Source of the DNA: an uncultured Chloroflexia bacterium
GTDB lineage: Bacteria; Chloroflexota; Limnocylindria; Limnocylindrales; CSP1-4
Assembly (NCBI GenBank): GCA_963715085.1
Contig: CAVQQU010000005.1
Location: 163,881 to 227,880, forward strand
DNA length: 64,000 nucleotides
Direction of reading: 5' to 3'
Part shown: positions 1-9,371 of the stretch, in pieces
Position numbering within the stretch: the first letter of the stretch is position 1
Layout of the letters: each line of letters begins with the position of its first letter
Notes under the pieces: generated by a model
The model's input: only the letters and a program-made list of their open reading frames with translations
Told to the model about the DNA's origin: nothing
The model's database searches: none
Program-made: the position numbers and the translations under genes

Positions 1-5
1 ACGCC

Positions 6-491
6 ATGGAGGAGTACGCGTACGACCTCCTGATCTGCATCCCGCCCCACAAGGGCGCCCAGGTCGTGATCGACTCGGGCCTGGCCCCGAAGTCGGGCTG
101 GGTCCCGACCGACCGCCACTCGCTGCAGGTCAAGAAGACGGCCGCGCCCGGCACGAAGGACGAGGACGTCGAGCGCTACCGGAACATCTACGCCCTCGGC
201 GACGCCACCGACCTGCCGCTCTCGAAGGCCGGCTCGACCGCGCACTTCGAGGCGCCGGTCGTCGCCGAGCGCGTGGCGGCCGCCGTCCTGGGCCGCAAGC
301 CGTCCGGCAAGCACGCCCTCTACAGCGGCAAGGTGATGTGCTTCTTCGAGGTCGGCGACGGGAAGGGCACGATGCTCTCGTTCGACTACGACAACCCGCC
401 GAAGCCGCCCAAGCCGAACCAGCTCTGGCACCTGGGCAAGATCGTCTTCAACAAGACCTACTGGCGGACCGTCCCGAAGGGTCGCGTCTAG
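6..491 (+). CDS. C-terminal fragment of an FAD-dependent pyridine-nucleotide-disulfide oxidoreductase, possibly sulfide:quinone or NDH-2-like; the 5' end is truncated by the window edge
   Basis: In-frame ORF with protein-like composition and the motifs YALGDATDLPLSKAGSTAHFEAPVVAE and GKVMCFFEVGDGKG. The N-terminus lies outside the window. Confidence 0.5.
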   Translation: MEEYAYDLLICIPPHKGAQVVIDSGLAPKSGWVPTDRHSLQVKKTAAPGTKDEDVERYRNIYALGDATDLPLSKAGSTAHFEAPVVAERVAAAVLGRKPSGKHALYSGKVMCFFEVGDGKGTMLSFDYDNPPKPPKPNQLWHLGKIVFNKTYWRTVPKGRV

Positions 492-608
492 GACGACCGG
501 CGGGTCGCGCCCCGCGGCTCCACCGGTGGCCGGGCCGTCCCTCGTGGAGGGCCCGGCCGCGTCGCGTCCGGGGCCTGCCCGGCGCGTACGGCTCCGTACA
601 ATCGGGGC

Positions 609-1955
609 ATGACGGAGCAGCTTCCCGGCACGCCTGCCGGTCGCGTCTTCCCGCGCGTCTTCGGACGCCGCCTCCCGGTCGCGGTCCGCGCGTCCGGCGC
701 CACGATCTGGGATGCGGAAGGCCGCGCCTACCTCGACGCGGCCGGTGGGGCGGTCGTGGTCGGGATCGGCCACGGGCGGGCCGAGGTGGCGGCGGTGATG
801 GCGGCCCAGGCCGGCCGCATCGCCTACGCCCACGGCACCGCGTTCACGACGGATGCGCTGGAGGCATACGCCGCGGAGGTCGGGCCGCTGCTGCCCCTCG
901 ACGCGCCGGCCGTCTACCCCGTGTCCGGCGGGTCGGAGGCGATCGAGACCGCCCTCAAGATGGCGCGGGCCTACCACCTCGCCCGCGGCGAGTCCGGTCG
1001 CGACGTCGTGATCGCCCGCTGGGGGAGCTACCACGGCAACAGCCTCGGCGCCCTCGACCTCTCGGGCCGCGAGCCGCTGCGCCGCCCGTACGCCCCGTGG
1101 CTGGGGCGCTTCCGCCACGTCTCCACGCCGTACCCGTACCGGGCCGGCCAGGCCGCCGCCCACGCGCTTGGCGACGCGGCGGCGCTGGCGGCGGAGCTGG
1201 AGGCGGCGATCGTGGCCGCGGGCGAGCGCCGCGTGGCGGCCTTCGTGGCGGAGCCGATCGTGGGGGCCACCCTGGGCGCGGTCGCCCCGCCGGACGGCTA
1301 CTGGCCGGCGGTCGCGGAGATCTGCGCCCGGCACGGGGTGCTGCTCATCGCCGACGAGGTGATGACCGGCTTCGGGCGGACGGGGCGCTGGTTCGGGAGC
1401 GACCACTGGGGGCTCCGGCCGGACATCCTGGTCGCGGCCAAGGGCGCCACGTCCGGCTACTGGCCGTTCGGGTTCGCGGCGGCGAGCGGGCCGGTCTACG
1501 AGGCGATCGCGGCCGGTGGGTTCGTCCACGGCTTCACCTTCAGCCACTCGCCCGTGGGCGCGGCCGTCGCCCGCGAGGTCCTGCGGATCCTGCGCGAGGA
1601 GGACCTCGTGGCCGCGTCCGCGGCCAAGGGCGAGCGGCTGCGGTCGTTGCTGCGGGACCGGCTGGGCGACCATCCGCACGCCGGCGACATCCGCGGCAGC
1701 GGGCTGATGGTGGGCGTCGAGCTCGTCGCCGACCGGGCCACCACGGCGCCCTTCCCGCGGGCGGAGCGGCGGATGGAGGCGGTGGTGGCGGCCGCTCGCG
1801 AGCGGGGCGTGCTGGTCTATTCGGGGACCGGGGCCGCGAACGGCGTCGACGGCGACACGGTCCTCCTGGGGCCGCCGTTCGTCACGACCGACGACGAGCT
1901 CGTCCGGATCGCCGACGGCGTGGCCGGGGCGATCGAGGCCGCGACGGCCGGGTAG
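609..1955 (+). CDS. Class III (omega) aminotransferase, PLP-dependent
   Basis: Intact 448 aa ORF. It carries the ATIWDAEGRAYLD motif and LIADEVMTGFGRTGRWF. The PLP-lysine context (AKGATSGY) is present. Confidence 0.85.
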   Translation: MTEQLPGTPAGRVFPRVFGRRLPVAVRASGATIWDAEGRAYLDAAGGAVVVGIGHGRAEVAAVMAAQAGRIAYAHGTAFTTDALEAYAAEVGPLLPLDAPAVYPVSGGSEAIETALKMARAYHLARGESGRDVVIARWGSYHGNSLGALDLSGREPLRRPYAPWLGRFRHVSTPYPYRAGQAAAHALGDAAALAAELEAAIVAAGERRVAAFVAEPIVGATLGAVAPPDGYWPAVAEICARHGVLLIADEVMTGFGRTGRWFGSDHWGLRPDILVAAKGATSGYWPFGFAAASGPVYEAIAAGGFVHGFTFSHSPVGAAVAREVLRILREEDLVAASAAKGERLRSLLRDRLGDHPHAGDIRGSGLMVGVELVADRATTAPFPRAERRMEAVVAAARERGVLVYSGTGAANGVDGDTVLLGPPFVTTDDELVRIADGVAGAIEAATAG

Positions 1956-2029
1956 CGCGACGGCGCGAGTCGGCGAGGCGCTGCTGCGCGCGGCGCCCTG
2001 CCGGCCGCCGGTGCGCCCGGGCGGCCGGC

Positions 2030-2568
2030 CTACGCTCCGCGGAAGCCGCGCCGGAGGACGGCGACGCCGATCAGGACGAGGACGACGGGCACGATCATGT
2101 CGCCCAGGGTGGGGAAGCCCGGGATGGTCGCGCCGAGGACGCCCCACCCGCCGAAGACGGCGAGCGCCCCGCCCACCCAGGCCTGCCACCGGACGCCCTC
2201 GCCGCGGGTCACGCGGACGAGCGCCGATGAGCAGGAGGCCGAGGCCGGCGCCCAGCGAGCCCCAGCCGGCGGACGGCAGCCCGGCGATCTCGGCCACCAC
2301 GCGGGCGATGCCGAAGCCGCCGAGGACCACGCCCGCGTGGACGGCCCACGCGCCGGCGCGGCCGGCGAGGTGCCAGCCGACGAGGGCGCAGCCGATGGTC
2401 GCGAGGGCGACGGACCCGAGCAGGGCGACCCCGGGCACGAACGAGGCGAGGACCAGGTAGCCGCCGAAGGCCAGCAGCGAGAGCCCGATCCAGAGCCCGA
2501 GCCGACCGGCCTCGGCCTGCGAGATCCCCCAGGACACGACGCGAACGCCGGGCCCCGGAGGCGGCATG
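2030..2568 (-). CDS. Hypothetical polytopic membrane protein; it may extend upstream to about 2829 through a frameshift
   Basis: The C-terminal part of the minus frame has several hydrophobic helices (WIGLSLLAFGGYLVLASF..., VPVVLVLIGVAVL). An ATG lies at 2566-2568. An upstream in-frame-shifted segment starts MSAAQPPPPDDEVERRLAALKSG. Confidence 0.35.
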
Positions 2569-2835
2569 TCGTCGGCCTGGGCGCCGGCCGCCCGGGAGCT
2601 GGCCCGGCGCCGCCGCCCGGCGGCGCCCAGGTGCGGCCGTCGTCGATGACCTCCCCGACGAGCGCCGGCGGCTCGCTGCGCCAGGATCGGGGGCTGGCTG
2701 GGCACCCGGAGCCGGCCTTGCAGGCGCCGCCGGTGGCGGGCCGAAGGAGCCCGGGTCCGCGCCGGACTTGAGCGCGGCGAGGCGGCGCTCGACCTCGTCG
2801 TCGGGCGGCGGCGGTTGCGCGGCGGACACGTCGGC

Positions 2836-3795
2836 CTACAGTGCCCCGCCGTGCTCGCGCCGCTCGATGTGGCCGTACGTGCCGTGCCCCGGGATCGCCG
2901 GCGGCGGGCTGGCCTCGTGGCGCGGACCACCCCGGCCGGAGTCGGGCCCGAGGAGCCGCGACAGGAACTTGGACGTCCGCGGGTCCTGGGGCGCGTCGAT
3001 CACCTGCTCCGGCGGCCCCGCCTCCACGAACTCCCCGAAGTCGATGTAGTAGACGCGGTCGGCGGCTTCCTTGGCGAACTGCATCTCGTGGGTCACGACG
3101 ATCATCGTCGCACCCTCGTGGGCCAGCTCGGCCATGACCTTCAGCACCTCGCCGACGAGCTCGGGATCCAGGGCGGACGTCGGCTCGTCGAAGAGGAGGA
3201 CCTTGGGCTCCATCGTCAGCGCGCGCGCGATCGCGACGCGCTGCTTCTGGCCGCCCGAGAGCCGGGCCGGGTACTCGTCGCGCTTCTCCGAGAGCCCGAC
3301 CTTGTCCAGGTACTTCTCGGCCGTGGCGATCGCCTTGTCCCTCCGGACTCCCATGACCCGGACCGGGGCCTCGATGAGGTTGTCGATCACCTTCATGTGG
3401 GGGAAGAGGTTGAACTCCTGGAAGACCATCTGGGCGCTCAGCCGGATCTGCCGGATCTTCTCGCGGTGGTCGCGGCTCCGGGCGTGGAGCGGGTCGGCGT
3501 CGATCCGGAAGCCGTCGATCTCCACGGCGCCGGCCGTCGGCTCCTCGAGGAAGTTGAGACAGCGCAGGAGCGTGCTCTTGCCCGAGCCCGAGCGCCCGAT
3601 GATGCAGATCGTCTCGCGGGGGTAGACCTCCAGCGTGCAGCCGCGCAGGACGTGGTTGGCCCCGAAGTACTTCTCGATCGCGAGCGCGCGCACGATCGGC
3701 TCGGACCCGGCCGGGGTCAGGGCACCGGGCTTCGCGAACGGGTCGCGGAGCCTCGAGAGCTCGTCGTGGCGGGCGGTGGTCGTCGTCATCGTCAT
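2836..3795 (-). CDS. Amino-acid ABC transporter ATP-binding protein (GlnQ/HisP-like)
   Basis: Walker A GRSGSGKST, the signature LSGGQKQRVAIARAL and Walker B LLFDEPTSALD. A GGAGG ribosome-binding site precedes ATG 3795. The 3' end of an SBP-permease-ATPase operon. Confidence 0.85.
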   Translation of the reverse strand: MTMTTTTARHDELSRLRDPFAKPGALTPAGSEPIVRALAIEKYFGANHVLRGCTLEVYPRETICIIGRSGSGKSTLLRCLNFLEEPTAGAVEIDGFRIDADPLHARSRDHREKIRQIRLSAQMVFQEFNLFPHMKVIDNLIEAPVRVMGVRRDKAIATAEKYLDKVGLSEKRDEYPARLSGGQKQRVAIARALTMEPKVLLFDEPTSALDPELVGEVLKVMAELAHEGATMIVVTHEMQFAKEAADRVYYIDFGEFVEAGPPEQVIDAPQDPRTSKFLSRLLGPDSGRGGPRHEASPPPAIPGHGTYGHIERREHGGAL

Positions 3796-3807
3796 CGTCG
3801 GGTCTCC

Positions 3808-4665
3808 TCAGATCCGCCGGTCGCTCTCGGCCATGCGCTTCTCCAGGCGGTCCTGGAGGATCGAGAGGACGATCGTCAGGAGCCAGTAGATGAGCGCGGC
3901 GAGGAGGAGCGTCTCGAGGGCCCGGAAGTTCGACTGCCCGACGCGCTGGGCCCGCCACAGGATCTCCTGGACGCCCATGAAGGCGACGAGCGAGGAGTCC
4001 TTGACCATCGAGATGAACTCGTTACCGATGGCCGGGGTGATGATCCGGATCGCCTGGGGAAGGATGATCCGGCGCATCCGCGTGCGCCCCGGCATGCCCA
4101 GCGCCTGGGCCGCCTCCGTCTGGCCGCGCGGCACGGCCTGGATGCCGGCCCGGAACGTCTCGGTCATGTACGCCCCGTAGTTGAAGGACAGGGCGAAGAT
4201 GCCGAGGGCGATCGTCGGGACGCCGGCGAAGCCCGACCAGATCTGAGGCAGGGCGAGGAAGATGAACAGGATCTGGACGATGAGCGGCGTGCCCCGTACG
4301 AGCGACACGTAGAGCGTGGCGATCGCGAAGAGGACCGGGTTCGTGCTCAGGCGCCCCAGGGCGCCCGTGATGGCGAAGGCGATCGCCACGGCGATCGAGC
4401 AGACCGCCACGAAGATCGTGATCGGGACGCCCTGCAGGATGTAGGGGCCCCACTTCGACAGGAAGGCAGTGTCGATCTTGCCGGTGGCGAAGAGCCAGCC
4501 GACGAGGGCGCCGACGAGCACGATCCACGTGACGACGAAGATCATCCGGAAGCGGAGCGTCTGGCGCCGGCGCTGGGCCGCGATCGCCTCGACGATGGGA
4601 TTCGGAGGCTCCGCCGGCGCGGCTCCGCCGGCGGGCACCTCCAGGGTGCTTGCCGAAGCGCTCAT
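3808..4665 (-). CDS. Amino-acid ABC transporter permease (His/Glu/Gln/Arg/opine family)
   Basis: Polytopic membrane protein with the EAA-like loop TEAAQALGM. 12 bp separate it from the ATPase gene. Confidence 0.85.
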   Translation of the reverse strand: MSASASTLEVPAGGAAPAEPPNPIVEAIAAQRRRQTLRFRMIFVVTWIVLVGALVGWLFATGKIDTAFLSKWGPYILQGVPITIFVAVCSIAVAIAFAITGALGRLSTNPVLFAIATLYVSLVRGTPLIVQILFIFLALPQIWSGFAGVPTIALGIFALSFNYGAYMTETFRAGIQAVPRGQTEAAQALGMPGRTRMRRIILPQAIRIITPAIGNEFISMVKDSSLVAFMGVQEILWRAQRVGQSNFRALETLLLAALIYWLLTIVLSILQDRLEKRMAESDRRI

Positions 4666-4753
4666 CCTCGCCCTCCTCCTGTCGCGGGATGTGCGACGGG
4701 GGCGTTCGCGTTGCGACGCCCCCGTCGGGTCAGCCGTGCCGTGCCGGCGCGCC

Positions 4754-5596
4754 TCACGGCTCGACGGTCAGGTCGTAACCGTCGAACCACTTCTCGGAGA
4801 ACGCCTTGAGCGTGCCGTCGGCGCGCATCTCGTCGAGGATCTCGTTGACCTTGTCGACCATCGACTTCGGATCCGGGCCGCCCTTGTCGAACGCGACCGC
4901 GAGCGGCTCGTAGTAGACCGGGTCGCCGACCTTGATGAGGGGCAGGCCCTCGGCGATCGCGGCGTCGACCGTGGTCGAGGAGCTGAGCCAGCCCTCGAAG
5001 TCGGTCCGGCCGGCCTTCCACGTCTCGGCGCAGAGGCGGTCGGTGTCGAGCGTCGTGACCTCGGCGCCCTCGGGCGGTCCCTCCTCCGGCGTGTAGGAGC
5101 CGAGGTCGAGGGTGCCGCTCATCCAGTCGAAGTACGTGGTCGCCGCGCCGACGCAGATCGTCTTGCCGGCCAGGCCGTCGAGGGTGGTGATCCCCGACGC
5201 GGTGCTGGCGGCCATCTGGGCCGGCGTGTAGTAGTACGGCTTGCTGAAGTCGAGGACGAGCTCGCGCGGCGCCGTGATCGTCATCGAGCCGACGCTGAAG
5301 TCCCAGCGGCCGCTCCACGAGCCTGCGGTGATCGTGTCCCAGCTGGGTGTCGCGAACTCGATGTCGACGCCGAGGCGCTTCGCGATCTCCGTCCCGACGT
5401 CGATGTCGAAGCCCTCGTAGGTGCCGTCGTCCTTGAGCGCGGACTGCGGCGGGTACTGGGGGTCCGTCGACATGACGATCTTCCCGGCGGCCTCGACCTT
5501 GCCGAGAAGCGTGTCGGTGTCGCTGCCACCGCCGCACGCGGCCAGCGCAATGGCTGCCGCTGCCGCGAGCACGACGATCCTCCGGGTGGTGGACAT
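4754..5596 (-). CDS. Amino-acid ABC transporter substrate-binding lipoprotein
   Basis: MSTTRRIVVLAAAAAIALAACGGG lipoprotein signal with a lipobox cysteine. SBP family 3-like body. First gene of the operon. Confidence 0.8.
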   Translation of the reverse strand: MSTTRRIVVLAAAAAIALAACGGGSDTDTLLGKVEAAGKIVMSTDPQYPPQSALKDDGTYEGFDIDVGTEIAKRLGVDIEFATPSWDTITAGSWSGRWDFSVGSMTITAPRELVLDFSKPYYYTPAQMAASTASGITTLDGLAGKTICVGAATTYFDWMSGTLDLGSYTPEEGPPEGAEVTTLDTDRLCAETWKAGRTDFEGWLSSSTTVDAAIAEGLPLIKVGDPVYYEPLAVAFDKGGPDPKSMVDKVNEILDEMRADGTLKAFSEKWFDGYDLTVEP

Positions 5597-5824
5597 GTAG
5601 CTCGTCCTCCTCCTGATGCGGGGGTTGTCGCCGCCCGCTGGTGCACCATGCGTCGCCGACGGTGGGACGAACCGCGGCGATCGATTCGGATCATTGCACG
5701 GTTCCGCAAGTGCCATATCGCCTCCGCGCAACCTCCGGTCCGCGCGCGGGTGCTCCACGCGCCCACGAATCAGCGCCGACGCATGCGCCGCCCCCGACGG
5801 CGACGGGCGGCGGATAATCGCGCC

Positions 5825-6789
5825 ATGGCGCCCTTCGTGCAGACCGTCCTCGGGCGGATCGAACCCTCCGACCTCGGCTTCACCCTGCCCCACGAGCACA
5901 CCCAGTGCCAGCTGTGGACCGTTCCGGAACGCTTCGACTACTGGGAGCTGACCGCCGACGAGGAGCTGATCGCGGCCGAGCTCGGGCGGTTCCGGGATGC
6001 TCGGCGGCACCTGCGTCGTCGACGTGACGCTCCCGGGGATCGGCAGGAACCCGGGCTGGCTGCGCCGCATCGCCGCGGCGCACCGGCCTCCACATCGTGA
6101 TGGGGACCGGCTGGTACCGCGAGCCGTACTACCCGCCCGACGCCCTCATCGACCGGCGCAGCGTGGGCGAGCTGGCCGAGGTCATGATCCGCGAGTTCGA
6201 GGAGGGCGGCCCGGGCAGCGAGGAACGGACGGGACGCGTGTCCGACCCGGGATCATCGGCGAGATCGGGACCCACAAGCCGTGGGTCAGCGCTCAGGAGG
6301 AGCGGGTCTTCCGCGCCTGTGGCCGCGCGTCGCGGGTGACCGGCATGGCGGTGACGACGCACGCCGTCATGTCGCCGGTCGGGCTGCGCCAGCTCGAGAT
6401 CCTCGAGGAGGCTGGGGCCGACCCGTCGCGCGTGGTCATCGGCCACTCCGACTCGTCACCCGGTGCTCGACCACTGGCTGGCGATCGCCGCCCGGGGCGC
6501 CTCGATCGAGTGCGACTTCCTCGGGATGTCGTTCACGCCGATGGAGCGCCGCGGCGAGCCGCGGGTGATCGAGCTGATCCTGCGGCTGCTCGATCGGGGC
6601 TACGGCGACCGGGTCCTCCTCTCGCAGGACGTCTGCGACAACAGCCAGCTCACGTTCTACGGGGGCAACGGCTACACGTACCTCCAGGAGACGTTCCTGC
6701 CGCGGCTCCGCGAGCGGGGCGTCGGCGAGGACGAGATCCGCCGGATCACGGTGGAGAACCCGCGGCGGATCCTGGCCATCGCGGGGTAG
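5825..6789 (+). pseudogene. Phosphotriesterase-family (PTE/PHP) metal-dependent hydrolase; the reading frame is broken at least four times
   Basis: PTE hallmarks are spread over frames 2, 0, 1, 0, 1: GFTLPHEH, GGTCVVDVT, HIVMGTGWYREPYYP, PGIIGEIGTHK..., SIECDFLGMSF...NPRRIL. Confidence 0.6.
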
Positions 6790-6878
6790 GCGGGCCGCGT
6801 GGCAGCGCGCGGGTGCCGCGGCGTGATGGCCGGGACCGCACGGTGACCGCGAGCGGGTAGCCGGCCTCGAGGCACGGG

Positions 6879-7322
6879 CTACTCCTCGAGGGTCGCCTCG
6901 ACGGAGAGGGCCACGTTGCCCTTGAGCGCCTGGCTGATCGGGCAGCCGTCCTTGGCAGCCTCGGCGAGCTCGGCGAACGTGGCAGCGTCGATGCCCGGCA
7001 CGTTCCCGCGCACGGCGAGGGCCGACGAGACGACGCCCCAGCCCGCCTCGCTCTTGTCGAACGTGACCGTCGCGGTGACCTTGAGCGATGCCGGGGGCGT
7101 GCCGTTGCGGCCGAGCTTCCCCGAGAGGGACATCGAGTAGCACGAGGCGTGAGCGGAGGCCAGCAGCTCCTCGGGGCTCGTCCGGCCGTCGGCGGCTTCG
7201 GTCCGGGACGCCCACGTGACCGGGAGGCGGGTGAACGCGCCGCTCGTGACGTAGTCGATGCTGCCCTGGCCCTCGGCAAGCGAGCCGGTCCAGGTGACCT
7301 CGGCGGTGCGGATGGCGGCCAT
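6879..7322 (-). CDS. OsmC/Ohr family peroxiredoxin
   Basis: 147 aa intact. It has the OsmC fold signature with the two conserved Cys (AHASCYSMSL and KDGCPIS). Confidence 0.85.
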   Translation of the reverse strand: MAAIRTAEVTWTGSLAEGQGSIDYVTSGAFTRLPVTWASRTEAADGRTSPEELLASAHASCYSMSLSGKLGRNGTPPASLKVTATVTFDKSEAGWGVVSSALAVRGNVPGIDAATFAELAEAAKDGCPISQALKGNVALSVEATLEE

Positions 7323-7412
7323 GGATACCTCCTGCGTGGCGATGTGCTGGTTTGCCCGGCCGGCCGACGCGGCGGAGCCCTCGTCGGATGGTACGCGGAG
7401 TCGACTGATGGT

Positions 7413-8693
7413 TCAGATTGCGCGCGAGACGGCACGCGCGAGCGCCCGGGCGGCCCGGTCGCGCGGGAACGTGGCTCGCGTCGCGCCGTGGAAGGCGCGG
7501 TACGCCGCGAGGGCCTCCGCCAGTGCCGGCACGAACCCCTCCGCGGCCAGCGGGTCGAACCCGTCCTCCCACCACAGGCCGAGGACGCGCACCGCGCGCG
7601 TGGAACGCTCGAAGCGCGGCTCGATGCGCCCGACGAAGCTGGTCGCCGAAGAGGAGCGGCAGGACGTAGTAGCCCCAGCGCCGCCTGGCGGCCGGCACGT
7701 AGACCTCCCAGAGGTAGTCGAACCCGAAGAGGGAGCGCAGCAGGTTGCGGTCCCAGGCCAGCGGGTCGAGCGGGGCGAGGAACGTGACGGACAGCGGGGC
7801 GCCGCCCGGAGGGCGTCCCTCGGCGACCTCGCGCTCCGCCTGGGCGAGGAGCGACAGCTCGTCGGTTACCACGTGGTGGACGCCGCGGATGCCCTCGATC
7901 GCGACCGGCAGGAGCTCGCCGCGCTCGACGAGCTCGGCGAGCAGTGGCGGCGCGCCGCGGGTGCGGCGACCCGACTTCGAGGGGTGCGACCGGCCGGAGC
8001 CCGAGGAAGATCTCGGCCTGGCCTGTCGCGCCCAGCAGCCCGTGGGCCCGGTAGCGGCTGAGCAGGCGGTGGAGGATCTGCTCGCGCTCGGGAACGCGTT
8101 CCTCGAGCAGGCCGGCCGGGAAGAGGCGTTCGGCAAGGTCGTAGAAGCGGCGGTTGCCTTCGCGGCGCGCGATGCCGAGGATGCCGGCCTCGGCCAGCGC
8201 CTCGAGGACGGCCCGCGACTTCAGCGTCGGCCCCCAGTACCAGTCGATCGCCTCGCTGCGGTCGAGGTCGGCAGTGGAGACGGGGCCGTCGCGCCGGATC
8301 CGGTCGAGGAGCTCGGCGACGTGGTCGCCGTGGTCGCTGAAGGTCTCGCCCTCGTGGGCACGGCGTGCGCGGTCCCAGGTGAGGCGGTGCCATGGCAGCT
8401 CGCGGGTCGGGAGGATGCTGAGACCCTTGTTGTAGGCCTCGAAGAGGAGGCGGCGGTCGTACAGCAGGTGCTCGGTCCACGATCGCCGGTAGCCGGCGAT
8501 GCGCGCGTGGAGCACGAGGTCGTGGTTGCGGCCGGCCACCTCGAGCGGGTCGAACTGGAGCGAGCCGAGGCGGTCTACGACCGCGAGAACGCTCTCCTCG
8601 GTGTCCGGCAGTGACCGCGCCGGGGCGAGGAGATGCCGGAGCACCAGGAATCGTCGCGCGATGGCCTGGGACAGTGAGCGCGGGGCGGACATG
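7413..8693 (-). pseudogene. Winged-helix DUF1006/YcaQ-family protein (AlkZ-like DNA-glycosylase family); frameshifted two or more times
   Basis: The N-terminus LVLRHLLAPAR...FDPLEVAGRNHDLVLHARI, then LLAELVERGELLPVAIEGIRGVHHVVTDE and FDYLWEVYVPAARRRWGYYVLPLLFGDQL. These lie in three minus frames. The stop is at 7413. Confidence 0.6.
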
Positions 8694-8834
8694 GCGCGGA
8701 TCCTAGCCGGTCGAGTCATGCCGACGCCGCACCCACGCCCCGTCGAGCCTACCCGAACGCCCGGAGACGGGCCGGACTATCGCCTCGACCCCGATTCTTC
8801 GCTGATCCGATATTCTTGTCGTCAAGTCAACACT

Positions 8835-9371
8835 TTGCATGGAGCAAATGATTTGCCTGAAGTCCCGGTGCCCCACGATGGTCGCGTCGATCCAGCTCGC
8901 GAGGCTGTCATCGCCCGGATCGTGGCCACCTTCGAGGCGATGATGCACAGCGTGGCCGCGGCCCATGCCCCCGAGCTGCTCGAGGTGGGCGTGACGATGT
9001 CGCAGGCGAAGGCGCTCTACCTCGTCCAGGCCGCGCCCGGCCTCCGGATGTCGGACCTCTCGGCGCGCCTCGGCGTCTCGCTCTCGACGGTCAGCGGCGT
9101 GGTCGACCGGCTGGTCGACCAAGGCCTGTTGGATCGCAAGGACGACCCGGCTGACCGTCGCCACGTGGTCCTGTGGCTGACCGACGCCGGGACGACCCAG
9201 CTCGAGCTCTTCCGGGAGCTGAACGAGGGGCAGATCCGGGCCCTCCTCGCCCGCATCGATGCTGCCGACCTCGGCGTCATCGGTCGGGCCCTCGACGTCC
9301 TCGCCGCCGCGGCCGCCCGAACGGCGGCCGCCCCACCTGCGTCCCTCGCCACTGAAGGAGAACCCGCGTGA
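8835..9371 (+). CDS. MarR-family transcriptional regulator
   Basis: wHTH core MSQAKALYLVQAAPGLRMSDLSARLGVSLSTVSGVVDRLVDQGLLDRKDDPADRRHVVLWLTDAG. The start is uncertain (TTG 8835, TTG 8853 or GTG 8868). The stop overlaps the RND start (GTGA). Confidence 0.8.
   Translation: MHGANDLPEVPVPHDGRVDPAREAVIARIVATFEAMMHSVAAAHAPELLEVGVTMSQAKALYLVQAAPGLRMSDLSARLGVSLSTVSGVVDRLVDQGLLDRKDDPADRRHVVLWLTDAGTTQLELFRELNEGQIRALLARIDAADLGVIGRALDVLAAAAARTAAAPPASLATEGEPA
8844..8856. promoter_or_regulatory. Candidate MarR operator: inverted repeat GCAAAT-g-ATTTGC over the marR 5' end, in a locally AT-richer divergent promoter region
   Basis: A perfect 6+6 palindrome with a 1-nt centre, seen directly in the sequence. 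It sits between divergent YcaQ-like and marR starts. Confidence 0.4.

Noticed and set aside
338-2230. 630-aa plus-strand ORF extremely rich in R/G/P/A that spans the aminotransferase region
   Set aside because: An out-of-frame reading of the real gene at 609-1955 in stop-poor 72% GC DNA. It has low-complexity composition and no motifs.
2030-4809. Very long ORFs (2030-3958 minus, 2815-4809 plus) running antisense or out of frame through the ABC-transporter operon
   Set aside because: GC-frame artefacts. The real genes (GlnQ-like ATPase, permease, membrane protein) are in other frames or on the other strand, with clear motifs and ribosome-binding sites.
6436-8719. 566-aa and 657-aa minus-strand ORFs that look like one huge Pro/Arg-rich protein
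   Set aside because: They stitch together wrong-frame translations across OsmC and the frameshifted YcaQ-like gene. The genuine proteins are recovered in defined sub-segments only.
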